Shown: positions 12,504 through 26,015, counted from the first letter of the whole stretch. The stretch is 63,087 nucleotides of DNA, filler included, from Octopus bimaculoides (GCF_001194135.2; 7 parts of 7 records of this genome joined end to end with filler, not necessarily neighbours in it); one strand, 5' to 3'. Notes: a model not told the origin generated them from the sequence alone. Program-made: numbers and translations.

Positions 12504-12700
12504 CGTAGACCAATTCTTGCTCAGTCGACGGCATTGACTGCATGGCAATGTTGGTGAAGAACGAGCTTTTCTCTCCTGTCTTTGATTTCTTCCCTTTTTC
12601 TTCTGGTGACTTACTCTTTTACTCTTTTAACTGTTTCAATCATTCGACTGTTTCAAACGATTTAGGCCTAATTCCACAGACTTGACCAAGAACTAAATAA

Positions 12701-12880
12701 CCTTTCTATTATAGGCACAAGGCCTGAAATTTGGGGGAGGGCGATAGTCGGTTACATCGACTTCAGTACTGAACAGGTATTTAGTTTATCGACCCCGAAA
12801 GAATGAAAGGTAAAGTTGACCTCGGCGGAATTTGAACTCAGAACGTAGCGACGGGCGAAATACCGATAAGCATTTCGTCC
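12701..12880 (-). mobile_element. SINE family M copy (another degenerate copy at ~11940-12060)
   Basis: ATCGACCCCGAAAGAATGAAAGGTAAAGTTGACCTCGGCGGAATTTGAACTCAGAAC. Confidence 0.9.
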
Positions 12881-13256
12881 AAGGACTAAATAACGGCAAC
12901 GAGAAGTAGTTTTATCGACCAGTGATTTTTGTATGCAACCCGGCGGAATTGGCTCTTAGCACTATTTTCACGGTGAATGTATCGGCCACCTGGGACACAC
13001 TGAAGATCATTCTTGGAGGAGTTATGCCTGGAGTCCGAAGGAAGGAAACACGGAATACCGTGGGAAGGACACGCAACTACTAATTCGCTAATTCGTGCTA
13101 TTATTAATATGGTAGTAAGGTGACAAGTTGGCAGAACTGATAACACGCCAGACAAAATATTTAGCGGCATTTTGTCCCTCTGTAATTTTTTTCAAATGAT
13201 ACTAACCCATACAAATACGCTCTCTTACACCATTTCACAGCACGCCCATGCCCACA

Positions 13257-13311
<55 letters not shown>

Positions 13312-13712
13312 TTCTCTATCTATCTATCTATCGATCGATCTATCTATCTATCGATCTTCTCATGTTTTGTTCTATGTCATTTAGCTTCTGTTCAGAACTA
13401 TCGAACACTGCTAAGCATACTCTGATTCCTTCAAAAAATGTTCGAAACCACGATGTGTTTAAGGTAATAATGAATTTGAATTTGAGACGTTCAGACAAGC
13501 TGCAGAAAACACAGAATATCTGAATATCTTAATATAAAATATATTTCTAAAACACAGTCGTGTTTTCGCATAAAATGTTTTACAAAAGTTTTATATATAC
13601 TCTTCTCTTTTCTTTCACTTGTTTCAGTCATTAGACTAAGACCATACTGGAGCACCGCCTTGAAATGTTTGTAGTCTTTCAATCGATCCCAGTACTTAAT
13701 TTTATTTATACA

Positions 13713-13746
<34 letters not shown>

Positions 13747-13978
13747 CATACATACATATATACATACATACATACACACAAATACATACATACATACATA
13801 CATACATACATACATACATACATGCATACATACATGCATACATACATACATACATACATACATACATACATACGTGGGGGTGTTGTGTGTGTTTCAGTTA
13901 ATTAATCCCTCTAGTAATCAATCTATAAGTCTGTCTATATCGAGCCATCCATTATCTGTCTCTTGATACACACACACT

Positions 13979-14017
<39 letters not shown>

Positions 14018-14456
14018 NNNNNNNNNNNNNNNNNNNNNNNNNNNNNNNNNNNNNNNNNNNNNNNNNNNNNNNNNNNNNNNNNNNNNNNNNNNNNNNNNNN
14101 NNNNNNNNNNNNNNNNNNNNNNNNNNNNNNNNNNNNNNNNNNNNNNNNNNNNNNNNNNNNNNNNNNNNNNNNNNNNNNNNNNNNNNNNNNNNNNNNNNNN
14201 NNNNNNNNNNNNNNNNNNNNNNNNNNNNNNNNNNNNNNNNNNNNNNNNNNNNNNNNNNNNNNNNNNNNNNNNNNNNNNNNNNNNNNNNNNNNNNNNNNNN
14301 NNNNNNNNNNNNNNNNNNNNNNNNNNNNNNNNNNNNNNNNNNNNNNNNNNNNNNNNNNNNNNNNNNNNNNNNNNNNNNNNNNNNNNNNNNNNNNNNNNNN
14401 NNNNNNNNNNNNNNNNNNNNNNNNNNNNNNNNNNNNNNNNNNNNNNNNNNNNNNNN

Positions 14457-14511
<55 letters not shown>

Positions 14512-15246
14512 GTATACATAAACATATATATATGCATGTATATACATGCATACATATATGAACATACACACCCAACGAACAACGCATCAATCTTTTGCGC
14601 CATTTCATCAGTCACCTTCAACACTCCTCGCAGACTTCCTGACACAGTTCTCTTTCTTCTTCAGCTTCTCCTCCTTTTTTTCTTCTTCGAAACAATAAGA
14701 ATATTATAGTTTGGGAAAACTAAACTGCGAAGACTGATGCCAGCAGTAAGTTGAACCAATTCCAGTCTTGATGCGAATTGGCGGATTTATATTCATTTTG
14801 AGTAGTGAGGCTGTGAGTGCATTTTGTGTATGTGTCTGCTTGAGAGTGTATATGTGATAAGTGTGTGTTTGTGTGTATTTGTAAGTGTATGTGTGAATTA
14901 AAGAGATAGAAAACGAACATGTGTGTGTGTGTGTGTGTGTACGTGTGCGGCTATCTATATGTGTGAGTGTGTGTGTGTTTGCGCTCCTGTGCATGAGAAG
15001 TGGTGAGATGGGTATATATATGTGAGCGAGAGTATAAGTTTATATACGCATTGGCGCGTTTCTATTTTTTATGTATGTATATATGCATATTTGCATGTAC
15101 GTATTTTTGTATATGTATGAGTAATTATGTAAATAATATGTAAGTATGGATGGATGGATGTGTATGTATGTATGTATGTATGTATGTATGTATGTATGTA
15201 TGCATGTGTGTGTGTGTATGTATGTATGTATGTATGTATGTATGAA

Positions 15247-15592
15247 GGCGCGTGGCTCAGTGGTTAGGGCATCGAACTTACGATCGTGGGGTTGTGAGTT
15301 CGAATCCTGGACTGGGCTGCGTGTTGTGCTCTTGAGCAAGACACTTNNNNNNNNNNNNNNNNNNNNNNNNNNNNNNNNNNNNNNNNNNNNNNNNNNNNNN
15401 NNNNNNNNNNNNNNNNNNNNNNNNNNNNNNNNNNNNNNNNNNNNNNNNNNNNNNNNNNNNNNNNNNNNNNNNNNGAGGCCGGTATGCATGGGTGACTGCT
15501 GGTCTTCCATAAACAACCTTGCCCGGACTTGTACCTGGAAGGGTAACTTTCTAGGTGCAATCCCATGGTCAGTCATGACTGAAGGGGGTCTC
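15247..15592 (+). mobile_element. CORE-type tRNA SINE (family C1), spans N gap
   Basis: A box TGGCTCAGTGG, B box GAGTTCGAATCC, then GTGCTCTTGAGCAAGACACTT (CORE-like). The tail matches 25688-25790 inverted. Confidence 0.85.
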
Positions 15593-16502
15593 AGCATCTA
15601 TGTATGTATGCATGTATGTATATGCATATATTTGTCACTGCATCTATGAATCTATAATGTTAGACTTAACTCAGTGTTCATATACATATATATCTGTCTA
15701 TCTATTCTTGTGTCGATATACATATATTTACCTCTACGTGTGTATATGCAACTGTTAAATACTAAACTTCTGCAATGTTATACTGTATATTCTATTTTCA
15801 CAGTACTTTTAATAGTTTGTAAATATAATTTCTTCATTATCTCCTTCCTGTCTTGTTCTGTGGAGCCCAACTTCTCAAAACTGATCATAAGGAATTTAGC
15901 TATCCATCCAAACGCCCTAATAACCACGTACCTCGGTTGTTGTATCTGAGAAGCTTTCTTTAGTTTGGTATGGATGTTTTTCTTTTTATCTTTAGCTTCA
16001 TGTTAAAGTCTGCTGAACAATTGATTTCTACAACCGCGCACACTTCCTGTTCTCTTTTGTCTTATATCGGTCTGTTGTGCTTGCATTCTACAGAATCTTT
16101 GGCAGGAATATTCCACCAGTATTCTTCCATATTATGGCTGAGTGTGTTCCTTCACATCACCGTAACTTATTTCATTTTGATCAACTGAGCTATCTTTCCC
16201 AGAGGTAAGCCTCAAAAATTGCTGAATGGTAGACGTTGACGAATAGAGTTGACGAAGCGACATTCAGTGGGTGCTAGGATCGTTTTAACCTTTTGCCTCT
16301 ACATTTCCGGTTAAAGTAGAGGTTGTTCAATAGTGCTGTTGGTGTCGAAATTTGTTAATTATTAGTTATCAGGTTTTAATATCAACGACCCGGATCTCAT
16401 CTAGCGTCCAATAAACCCAGATATTAGTATGAGTGGTTGAACGGTGTGGGCTTAGCGAAATTAGGAGGCAAGAGGCAGAGATCGTCACCCACCCACCTGC
16501 TG

Positions 16503-16511
16503 TATATAAAG
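16503..16511 (+). promoter_or_regulatory. Possible TATA box of a Pol II promoter
   Basis: TATATAAAG in unique sequence, preceded by CCAAT (~16408) and CCCACCCACC (~16488). A possible first-exon donor AGT|GTAAGC lies at 16615. Confidence 0.3.
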
Positions 16512-16939
16512 CGATGCGAAATATCCTCTGAGCTATTAGATATTGTTAGTTAAAGAGGAGAGACCACAACTGTCTTTGTCAATTGGCGTTGATATTCATT
16601 GCTTATGACATAGTGTAAGCGAATACGTGCGTGTGTATGTATGTGTGTGCACGCATAAATGTGTGTGTATGCCTGTGTCTGTCTCTGTGTGTTAGTACTT
16701 GTTTGTGTGTGTGTGTGTGTGTGTGTGCGTGCGCGCGTGCGGGTGAGTGAAGGAATTGTACATTTCTGTCAATATAATTAAGTGTATAATTAACTCGGAA
16801 TTTCGATTAGACAAAGCATAAACACACATATACATACACATGCATAAACACACATATACATACACATGCATAAACACACAAACACGTACATACAGTACAA
16901 GCATATACATAGTCATATGTGTATGTGTGTGTGTGTGTA

Positions 16940-17401
16940 TACGAGGGGAAGTAAAAAATTATCCACACTTTCGTCATAGCATATCTTTATTATTGTCACA
17001 CTGCCTTCTGCGCATGCGTACTTATAGTTAGTATTATTGTGGTCATGTGATCGAAGTCTGAGCCTGATCATGCCATTTTTCTTTCTGGCTTTACAGTGTA
17101 AGCCTGGCCGCTCTACTAGCGATGTGCACCAAAGAAGAACAAACAGCAGTGATCCGATTTCTCTGGTCGGAAGTTGTGTACAATCAACAGTGCAAGATAC
17201 AGTACTTTGCTGACCAACAAACTGAAGCCAGCAATTCGCATCAAACGCCGAAGCCTATTGTCGAAGAAAGTTTTGTCGACAATGCACGCCCATACACGGC
17301 TTTCATACCGTTGAAACCATTAACCAATTGGGTTTTGAGGTGCTGGAAACACCCTGCCAACAGTCAAGATTTCGCGCCTTCCGGCTATATCTTTGGACCG
17401 C
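16940..17401 (+). mobile_element. Internally deleted mariner (DD34D) remnant
   Basis: TA-CGAGGGG terminus; TKEEQTAVIRFLW (HTH) and DNARPYTA...HPANSQDFAPSGYIFGP (HDNARPH...HPPYSPDLAPSD-like). The right end is in an N gap. Confidence 0.85.
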
Positions 17402-18329
17402 NNNNNNNNNNNNNNNNNNNNNNNNNNNNNNNNNNNNNNNNNNNNNNNNNNNNNNNNNNNNNNNNNNNNNNNNNNNNNNNNNNNNNNNNNNNNNNNNNNN
17501 NNNNNNNNNNNNNNNNNNNNNNNNNNNNNNNNNNNNNNNNNNNNNNNNNNNNNNNNNNNNNNNNNNNNNNNNNNNNNNNNNNNNNNNNNNNNNNNNNNNN
17601 NNNNNNNNNNNNNNNNNNNNNNNNNNNNNNNNNNNNNNNNNNNNNNNNNNNNNNNNNNNNNNNNNNNNNNNNNNNNNNNNNNNNNNNNNNNNNNNNNNNN
17701 NNNNNNNNNNNNNNNNNNNNNNNNNNNNNNNNNNNNNNNNNNNNNNNNNNNNNNNNNNNNNNNNNNNNNNNNNNNNNNNNNNNNNNNNNNNNNNNNNNNN
17801 NNNNNNNNNNNNNNNNNNNNNNNNNNNNNNNNNNNNNNNNNNNNNNNNNNNNNNNNNNNNNNNNNNNNNNNNNNNNNNNNNNNNNNNNNNNNNNNNNNNN
17901 NNNNNNNNNNNNNNNNNNNNNNNNNNNNNNNNNNNNNNNNNNNNNNNNNNNNNNNNNNNNNNNNNNNNNNNNNNNNNNNNNNNNNNNNNNNNNNNNNNNN
18001 TATATATATATACACATACATACATACAGGACTACGTACATACATTTATATATATACATACGTATGTGCATACATATACTTACGTACATATAGTTGCATA
18101 CACACATAGTAGAGCATGCATAGAGACATACGTACATACACACTCGTACACACGCACAGATATACACACACGCACACACACACACACATGCACACATACA
18201 TACATACATACATACACACATACATACATACATACATACATACATACAAGCATTCATGCATACATACATGCATAATTACCGACCAACTGAAAAACAAGAT
18301 CTTCCCGGATGTTAAAAATCCCTCAGGTT

Positions 18330-18388
18330 ACATCATCATCACCATCATCATCATCATCATCATCATCATCATAACAGTAATAATAATG

Positions 18389-18443
<55 letters not shown>

Positions 18444-18468
18444 TAATAATAATAATAATAAATAATAC

Positions 18469-18502
<34 letters not shown>

Positions 18503-18550
18503 TAATAATAATAATGATAATAATGATAATAATAATAATAATAATAATAA
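18330..18550. repeat. (CAT)n/(AAT)n microsatellite
   Basis: Direct trinucleotide repeats. Confidence 0.95.
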
Positions 18551-18649
18551 ATAATTTCTCTTCTCTTGCCTTCAGTCATTTTTGTTGAAATACGATTCAG
18601 TGCGTGTGTGTTTGTGTTTGGCTGTGTGTATGAGTGTGTGTGTGTATGA

Positions 18650-18680
<31 letters not shown>

Positions 18681-19749
18681 TCTGTTTTGTGTGTATCTAA
18701 GCTATTGTCTTGTGTGTTGTTGGGATGGGGTGTTGCCGTTTCCACTTCTCGCCTGCTTGCTATAATCTTGCTCACAGCTTTCTGACTCAAGCTCCCCGAG
18801 GTTAAACTACAAAGCAATCAAATGTATAAGACTCCCCTCAAAGTATATATTTCTCTCGCACCTTCCTCTCTCTCTCTCTCTCTCTCTCNNNNNNNNNNNN
18901 NNNNNNNNNNNNNNNNNNNNNNNNNNNNNNNNNNNNNNNNNNNNNNNNNNNNNNNNNNNNNNNNNNNNNNNNNNNNNNNNNNNNNNNNNNNNNNNNNNNN
19001 NNNNNNNNNNNNNNNNNNNNNNNNNNNNNNNNNNNNNNNNNNNNNNNNNNNNNNNNNNNNNNNNNNNNNNNNNNNNNNNNNNNNNNNNNNNNNNNNNNNN
19101 NNNNNNNNNNNNNNNNNNNNNNNNNNNNNNNNNNNNNNNNNNNNNNNNNNNNNNNNNNNNNNNNNNNNNNNNNNNNNNNNNNNNNNNNNNNNNNNNNNNN
19201 NNNNNNNNNNNNNNNNNNNNNNNNNNNNNNNNNNNNNNGTACTTGACCATTACTATGTCCCTTCGCTGCTAGCTGACCAATAAAATAAGTACAAAGCTTA
19301 AAATTTAAAAAAATAAGCATTACTGTTGACATGTTCGACTAAAACAGAGTATCTGAAACCTTTTTTATCTAAAGACCCTTTGATTCCTATTTTACTTGAT
19401 GGAACCGTCCGAGGCATTCGATGTTTAAAAAATCCTGTCCATGTTTTTATAATTAAATGTTATTATGGTTGTATAAAAATAATTGAAAATATTTTGTGTG
19501 TTCTAGAAGTATAACCAATTTATTGCTCATAAATTCTAACAACAAAATCTTGTATGGACTCCGGTTGAGAATCTCTGGGTTAAACCCTTCAAAGCAGTGC
19601 TCCAGCATGGCCGCAGGTTAAATGACTGAACCCTCATTTGTCGTTCACGATAGGGAGACAGATTTAGAAAGCAACTAATTTCCACCTTTAATCAATTAGG
19701 ACTTAAAATTACAGAGGCCATTAATCTCTCTATAATTGATTATTTAGAT

Positions 19750-20031
19750 GTTTCCCTAGGTTTAAACTCCTCCTCTTCCTCCTCGTATAAACCTTTCCAT
19801 AAGCCTAATGAGAAACTCGCATATATACATAAACAGTCTTGTCTCCCTCCTGTAATATTTAAAAACCTGATAGTTAATACTAGTAACAGAGTGTCTAACT
19901 TCTCTTCTTCCAAAAAAAATTTGAGAAAGCTACCCCCTATTATAACAAGACCCTAGCCAATAGTGGCTTCAAAGATAAATTAATATATAATCCCTCTAAT
20001 AATAGTCAAAATATTAACGGTAGATCTAGCG
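19750..20031 (+). mobile_element. Penelope-like element RT C-terminal fragment
   Basis: YKPFHKPNEKLAYIHKQSCLPPVIFKNL...RVSNFSSS...FEKATPYYNKTLANSGF matches the PLE Y.KPN...Y....S.HP.....RLS..SS...F....P.Y..AL..SG pattern. Confidence 0.8.
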
Positions 20032-20131
20032 NNNNNNNNNNNNNNNNNNNNNNNNNNNNNNNNNNNNNNNNNNNNTTAATTAATTAANNNNNNNNNNNNN
20101 NNNNNNNNNNNNNNNNNNNNNNNNNNNNNNN
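20032..20131. other. Artificial scaffold-joining linker 2
   Basis: 44 N + TTAATTAATTAA (20076-20087) + 44 N. Confidence 0.97.
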
Positions 20132-20206
<75 letters not shown>

Positions 20207-20249
20207 GCCTGACCAAAAACTATTGGGATTGGTGTTATAAAAAGAAAAC

Positions 20250-20520
20250 TACAATACATATTGCTTTGGAATATAATCTCCTTTGAAGTTGTCCCTTTCT
20301 GGAGCCATACACTTTATCTTTGATGGAAGCATTCCTGGAACTCTCTTTTTGAAATTGGGAGCAGCTGCCTTATCACATTCTCTTGGATTTCCTCAATGTC
20401 TTAAAATCTTGTTGAGGTCTTCAGCTGCAATGACTGAGCCTTAGTTTCACAGTCATAGCCATAGACCCCTGAATCATCACTTGTTATGACTGCTTTTTCA
20501 ACTCAGTCAAGGAGATCCTA
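20250..20520 (-). mobile_element. Mariner remnant
   Basis: Minus VITSDDSGVYGYDCETKAQS resembles ITGDESWVYGYDPETK.QS; the 3' end resembles GDYFEGD. Confidence 0.65.
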
Positions 20521-20526
20521 TGCATT

Positions 20527-20900
20527 TGTAGTAACGCCTTAGCAGACGACATGTCCGGTAAGCTTATCCACGCATGCGCGGGGACAAGTTCCGGAAGGAA
20601 CACGGGAAGAGTCTCGTGCGCATGCGTGGTCATTCGAGATCCAAGTTTCGCGCCCTGATTCATTCTCTTTCTCAACCGGCCAGCCATGAGCCCAGACGTT
20701 CAAGCTGTCTCTCTCCAACATTCCAACTCTGGAGACAGCTCTTTCCAACATTCCAACTCTGGAGCTAGACAAATAACCAACCAACATCACTGACGGCGTC
20801 TCAGCAACCAAAGGGCGAAGTGCTGACTATTTCCTCTGTAAATAAATATTGTGTTGATGGTTCAGAATCTGCGTTCTGTTGTTTCTTCAGAATTTAATGT
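20527..20900. mobile_element. Possible solo LTR
   Basis: GC-rich block starting TGTAG, with a ~29-bp internal direct repeat (CCAACATTCCAACTCTGGAG x2) and AATAAA near 20842. No TSD or clear CA end found. Confidence 0.3.
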
Positions 20901-21869
20901 ACGGAAGCAGCTATACACCTAATGGTGTATAACCACTTTCCTACACATTTGAACCCTGATGTGCAAATAAGGATACACACCATAGAAAGACAGAATGGAC
21001 TAAACAGAACAGGGAGATACACATGGGATGGAGAGCCACTGAAGAGGTCACAGGATGTGTGACAGAAGATTTCAGACAAAGGACAGTAAAGTAAGAACAA
21101 TAATAAATCTGAAGTGAAACATGAGTATACAGTGCATGTGTTTATATGGCAAAAAAAAAGTATAACCATCCCATAAAGTTAAAATTGTGCAATGAAGTTA
21201 AAATAGGTTTTAAAAAAATGAAATTTCACAAAAGAGAAAATTTATTTTATTAGATACTGAAAAGAATAAATTCATTGATATATATTTGTATGTATTGATT
21301 AAACCTAAATTTTATGTGTATTTCTGGTTTTTAGCAGAACTGTTGTATTGGACTGCCACTTAAGAGCTATTTTTAACACTCTCTATGGCTTACCCAACCC
21401 TTCAATGTTGAAAATTATTTGACCCCATGTGAATCAGGTCATTAGAACACAAACAAAACTCTAGCAAGACTGTATAGATTTTCTATAAAATAAATTTCCA
21501 GCTTCAAGGTACTTTTACCATTATTAGTTATTGGTAATCAATGCCAACTGCTAATATTGATTATTTGCTTCTTTTTTCCCAATACATGAAACAGGCCTCT
21601 TTAAGAATATAAATATTTATTACCATCCAATTGAGAGTGTATCTACTTACAGTTTTAATTCTTTGTACCTGTTATTTAGGAATTTTAAATTTACCATCAA
21701 AAGTAACTACTTTTCCTTACTATGTACAGTATACTGGGTGTTTCTCAATCATATTACAGTATATAGTTTTTATGTATCATTTAAATTTGTTGTTAACTAT
21801 TATGTGAATTTTTATCTGAGGATAATTAAATTGAATCATTTCCTTTCACTGTAGCATTGCTGGATCTTT

Positions 21870-22998
21870 TTGAAGTTGATTGTGGAGTTTTTTCGTTATT
21901 GCCTTATTGAGCTTACTAGTCAACGTCTGAGAAGTCTCTTGATTCTATCAATAAGCCACTGCCATCTCAATCTACATGCTGAAAATATGTTGATATGCTT
22001 AGTGCAAGCACGGTTGAAAATTGCAAGAGCTGCCTGGCTGATCAAAATATATTTTTAATTGTTGAGGAAAATGAGATCAATGACAAAAAAATTGTTAATG
22101 TACTTATTGGTTCAGTTAAAAAAATTTTTTAAACACTCTTAATAGAATGTCTGCCACTTAAATCAATTCTAACTGCCACAATCATCACACAGATCAAACA
22201 TGATTTGCTAATAAGTTTGAAGATCCTAAGAGAAAATTTTCTCCTATTATTGTCTGATGCTGCTCAGTATATAGTAGCAGCTGGAGAAACATTGTGAGTT
22301 GTGTACCCTAAGCTCTTCCATGTAACCTGCTTGTCTCAACTACTGCATAATTATGCTCTAAAAATAAAGGTTTTCTATCCTCCAATCGATTGTCTGATTG
22401 CCACCACCAAGGCTGTTACTGTAAAAAGCAAACACCATTGAAAGCAATTTAAAACAATCAGATACTCCCACTTAGCCAATTGTGACCAGGTGGGGTAGCT
22501 GGTTGATGCCTGAAATTACTGTGCTAAGGATCTTGCAGAAATTACAAAAATTGTAGAGAGGTTTTGGAACGAAGATATTTTGGTGTGGAGAGTGAAAGAA
22601 GTTGTGTGAAATCTTGAGATCAAGACTAACCTCACCCAAATCTGTTTAAACTATCTGCAGTTTAAATAGTTAATTTTGAAACCTGATTCAACAGCCTTCA
22701 CCGTCTACAAATCTTACAAAAACCTCAAAGAATTGAAATTCAACAAAGATTTATGTGTATCATGAATTATTTTGACTGTAGACTCAATAATGACCAAATC
22801 AATTTGAGTGTTCATCTAATGAGCTCCAACGTTTCACTTGTGGAATATGCAGATCTGAGACAATGCCAAGTGACATCAGCTTCTGTAGAACACAGTTTTT
22901 TGGATGCTGAAAAAATCTTTGCAAAAGACAGGAATTTTTTACCTACAAATACAAAGCATTATATCATATTGTACTATAATAAATTTCCACAATATTGA
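21870..22998 (+). mobile_element. Decayed hAT transposase (DUF659/CGGBP1-like)
   Basis: LLLSDAAQY..AAG..L...YPKLFHVTCL..LLHN, IVTRWGSWL and TSASVEHSF...KI....R...N..YIILYYN; multiple stops and frameshifts. Confidence 0.75.
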
Positions 22999-23059
22999 TC
23001 TTTTTAAATTGTATTGATAATTCTTATATATCATAAAGTAATCAAAACTAGAGCAAACT

Positions 23060-23660
23060 CCCTAATGTTAGTTGTCCTCATCATTTAGTATCCATTTTCT
23101 ATGGTGGTATAGGTTAGATGGTTTGATTGGGATTGGTAAGATGGAGAGCAGCACCAGGCTCCAGTCCGTTTTCTATGGCTGGATGCCCTTCCTAATACCA
23201 ACCACTCCACAAAGTGTACCTTTAACATGTGACCAGCACAGGTGCCTTTTATGTGTCACTGAAGTGGGTACCTTTTACATATCACCAGCACTAACCACAA
23301 CTACAACTTCACTTGGCTTCATGTGTTTTCTCAAGTACAGAATATCATCAAAGGTCTCAGTCACTAGTCATTGCCTCCATGAGGCCCAACATTTGAAGAT
23401 CATGCTTCGCTACCTCATCCCATGACTTCCTGGGTCTACCTCTTCCACAGGTTCCCTCCACAGTTAGAGATTGGCACCTCTTTACACAGCTGTCCTCGTC
23501 CATACACATCACATGACCATACCAACACAGTCGTCTCTCTTGCACACCACATCTGATTCCTCTTATGCCCAACTTTTCTCTCAAGACAGTTACATGCACA
23601 CTGACATTGCACATCCAGCACAGCATACTAGCTTCATTTCTTTCAAGTCTTCACAAGTCT
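23060..23660 (-). mobile_element. RTE-clade LINE 3' fragment
   Basis: RRLCWYGHVMCMDEDSCVKRC..LTVEG..GRGRPRKSWDEVAKHDL..LGL, followed by a 3' UTR shared with 26520-26700. Confidence 0.88.
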
Positions 23661-23832
23661 GCAGCCACAGTCCCATGGATTTATTAATTAAAATAAGAAT
23701 AAACTAAGGTTAAAAATCTGTCAATTAAAGTTTAAAAATAAGGTTAGAAAAGTATGAAAATAAGATTAAAATCAAGAAATTTTTAAGGTAAAAAAAAATT
23801 GCTCTACCTATTATTCATTTTACTATTTACAT

Positions 23833-23875
<43 letters not shown>

Positions 23876-24328
23876 AACGCACGCACACACAAACACACAC
23901 GCAGACACACACACACACAAATGCACAGCCTCATTTAATTTTCATTCTGTTATCTACAATCTACAAATATTTATTAATTGTAGCTAATGAGCAATAATTA
24001 CTTTCAAACTATTTTTTGATTGATGGAGTATTAAAGACGTATTTCAACTCTTAAACTGAAACTGTTCCATCCTTGTTGTTCAGATTATAAAATGCAGATC
24101 TTTGTATTGAAAGAACACAAAGAATAACAACATCCTTACATGTGGAGTTAAGGTTGTGATCTGTAGGGCTTGGCAGACATCAGGGATAGGTCACCCACTT
24201 AAGTTGGAATTTCTCAGTTTAGATGGGGATTTTATTTTCATGGTTTCCTTTGACGTTATGGGGAGTGGGGGGAGGACATCTATTCAGCAAAAACTTTTTT
24301 CTTTTTCTTTAACATAGAGGTTTCTCAC

Positions 24329-24466
24329 CTCATTTTTAAGTGCATATAGCCCACAAAATTTACCAAAATCGGTCTGAAAGTGGAGTGGGAGTGTGGGGTG
24401 CGGGTAAAAATGTCATCATTTATCAAATAATTTTCCATCATTTCCAAGGACAAAAGCGAAAAATCC
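24329..24466 (-). CDS. Candidate symmetric (phase 2-2) exon, unknown product
   Basis: TGTCTGTTTTGACAG| ... AG|GTGAGA, 138 nt; the only open frame reads DFSLLSLEMMENYLINDDIFTRTPHSHSTFRPILVNFVGYMHLKM. Confidence 0.4.
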
Positions 24467-24869
24467 CTGTCAAAACAGACAAATTCCAACTTATGTGAAC
24501 GACGTATCCCTAACATCCATCCAGGGATTATATTCTTGCTTGTCCATACTAGTTTTAATGTGAGAGTCAATCTGAGCAATTCCATCCCTTACACATGGAT
24601 CCCTACCTATTCAGCAAGCTAAGATTGCTACGGTGAGCAGTAAGCTGTAGGTTTTGCATTGGGATGGTCTTATCCAAAGTGAATCACCTTACAAGCCAGT
24701 AAGCCTCTGCAAAGTCTGTAAATATTTGAAAGGCAAAAACAGAAAAAAAAACTGACTCTGTAGAGAGCATTAACTTCATTAATTCCCTCAGTCCAAGGAC
24801 GCTCCGTCTAACTTCACTCTCTAGGAAAAAATTAAAAAGTTGCATATGCAGCCCAAGTGTAATGATTGC

Positions 24870-25328
24870 AGACAAACCAATGGACAGAATCACAAAACTA
24901 TTCAGGAGTATAACAATAATAGGCCTATTTCCTTTCAACTACCATATTTGTTCATTACAGGAAAACTAACGGAAGGAATTAGAAAAATGTTCAGGAGAAT
25001 AACAATAATAGGCCTATCTTCTGTCAAAGTCGACTTTGCCTTTCATCCTTTCAGGGTCAATAAATTAAGTACCAGTTGCATACTAGGGTAAATCTAATCG
25101 ACTGGCTCCTCCCCAAAAATTTCAGGCCTTGTGCCTAACATAGAAAAGAATAATAGGCCTATTTCTCAACTACCATATTTGTTCATTACACGAAAACTAA
25201 CAGACAGAAGCAAAAAATAATTCAGGAGAATAACAATAATAGGCCTGTCCTTCAAATGCCATATTTGTTCACTGCAGGCAAACTAATGGACAGAATCACA
25301 AAATAATTCAGGAGAATAACAATGATAG
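24870..25328. repeat. ~86-bp minisatellite array (continues 28714-28779 and 29688-29940)
   Basis: Unit ~ATAATAGGCCTATTTCTCAACTACCATATTTGTTCATT.CAGG.AAACTAA.GGACAGAATCACAAAA.AATTCAGGAGAATAACA. TAATAGGCCT recurs at 25151 and 25237. A SINE M fragment interrupts at ~25015-25150. Confidence 0.85.
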
Positions 25329-25592
25329 ACATGATTCTAGAAAAATTTGCAGCAAACATTTTTGCCACAGGAAAATTCGCTTCAGGATTTTGGGCCTTAG
25401 AAAAAAGTTCATTGCAAAGGAAATTTTGCCACAAGACAAAAGATGAATTGCTCCCCTTGATATATAATTATGTAATTGTTTCAACCATTAAGAAGGGATA
25501 AAGCAATTTCTTAACTCATTTAAAGTTTCTTTATTCATTTGACAATATTTTTTTGTGTAGCAAAATTGTTTAAGGCAAAATTTCCAGATACA

Positions 25593-25644
<52 letters not shown>

Positions 25645-25687
25645 TGTATCCTGAGAGTTTGCTGTAAACAATATATATGTATAGGGG

Positions 25688-26013
25688 TGACCCCTTCAGT
25701 CATGACTGACCATGGGACTGCACCTAGAAAGTTCCCTCCAGAGGCACAAGTCCAGGCAAGGTTGTTTTCATGAAAGAGCAACAGTCACCCATGCATACCA
25801 GTCTCCCCTCCACCAATGTTATCCAAGGGAAAGGCAAAGGGGCCGATACAGCTTGGCACCAGTGATGTCGCAACTCATTTCTACAGCTGAATGAACTGGA
25901 GCAACGTGAAATAATGTGTCTTGCTCAAGAACACAACACGCAGCCCGGTCCAGAATTCGAACTCACAACCTCACAATTATAAGCTCAACACTCTGACCAC
26001 TGAGCCATGCGCC
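25688..26013 (-). mobile_element. CORE-type tRNA SINE (family C1), full length
   Basis: Reverse complement of the 15247-15592 element: GGCGCATGGCTCAGTGG...GAGTTCGAATTC...GTGTTCTTGAGCAAGACAC. Confidence 0.88.
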
Positions 26014-26015
26014 TT

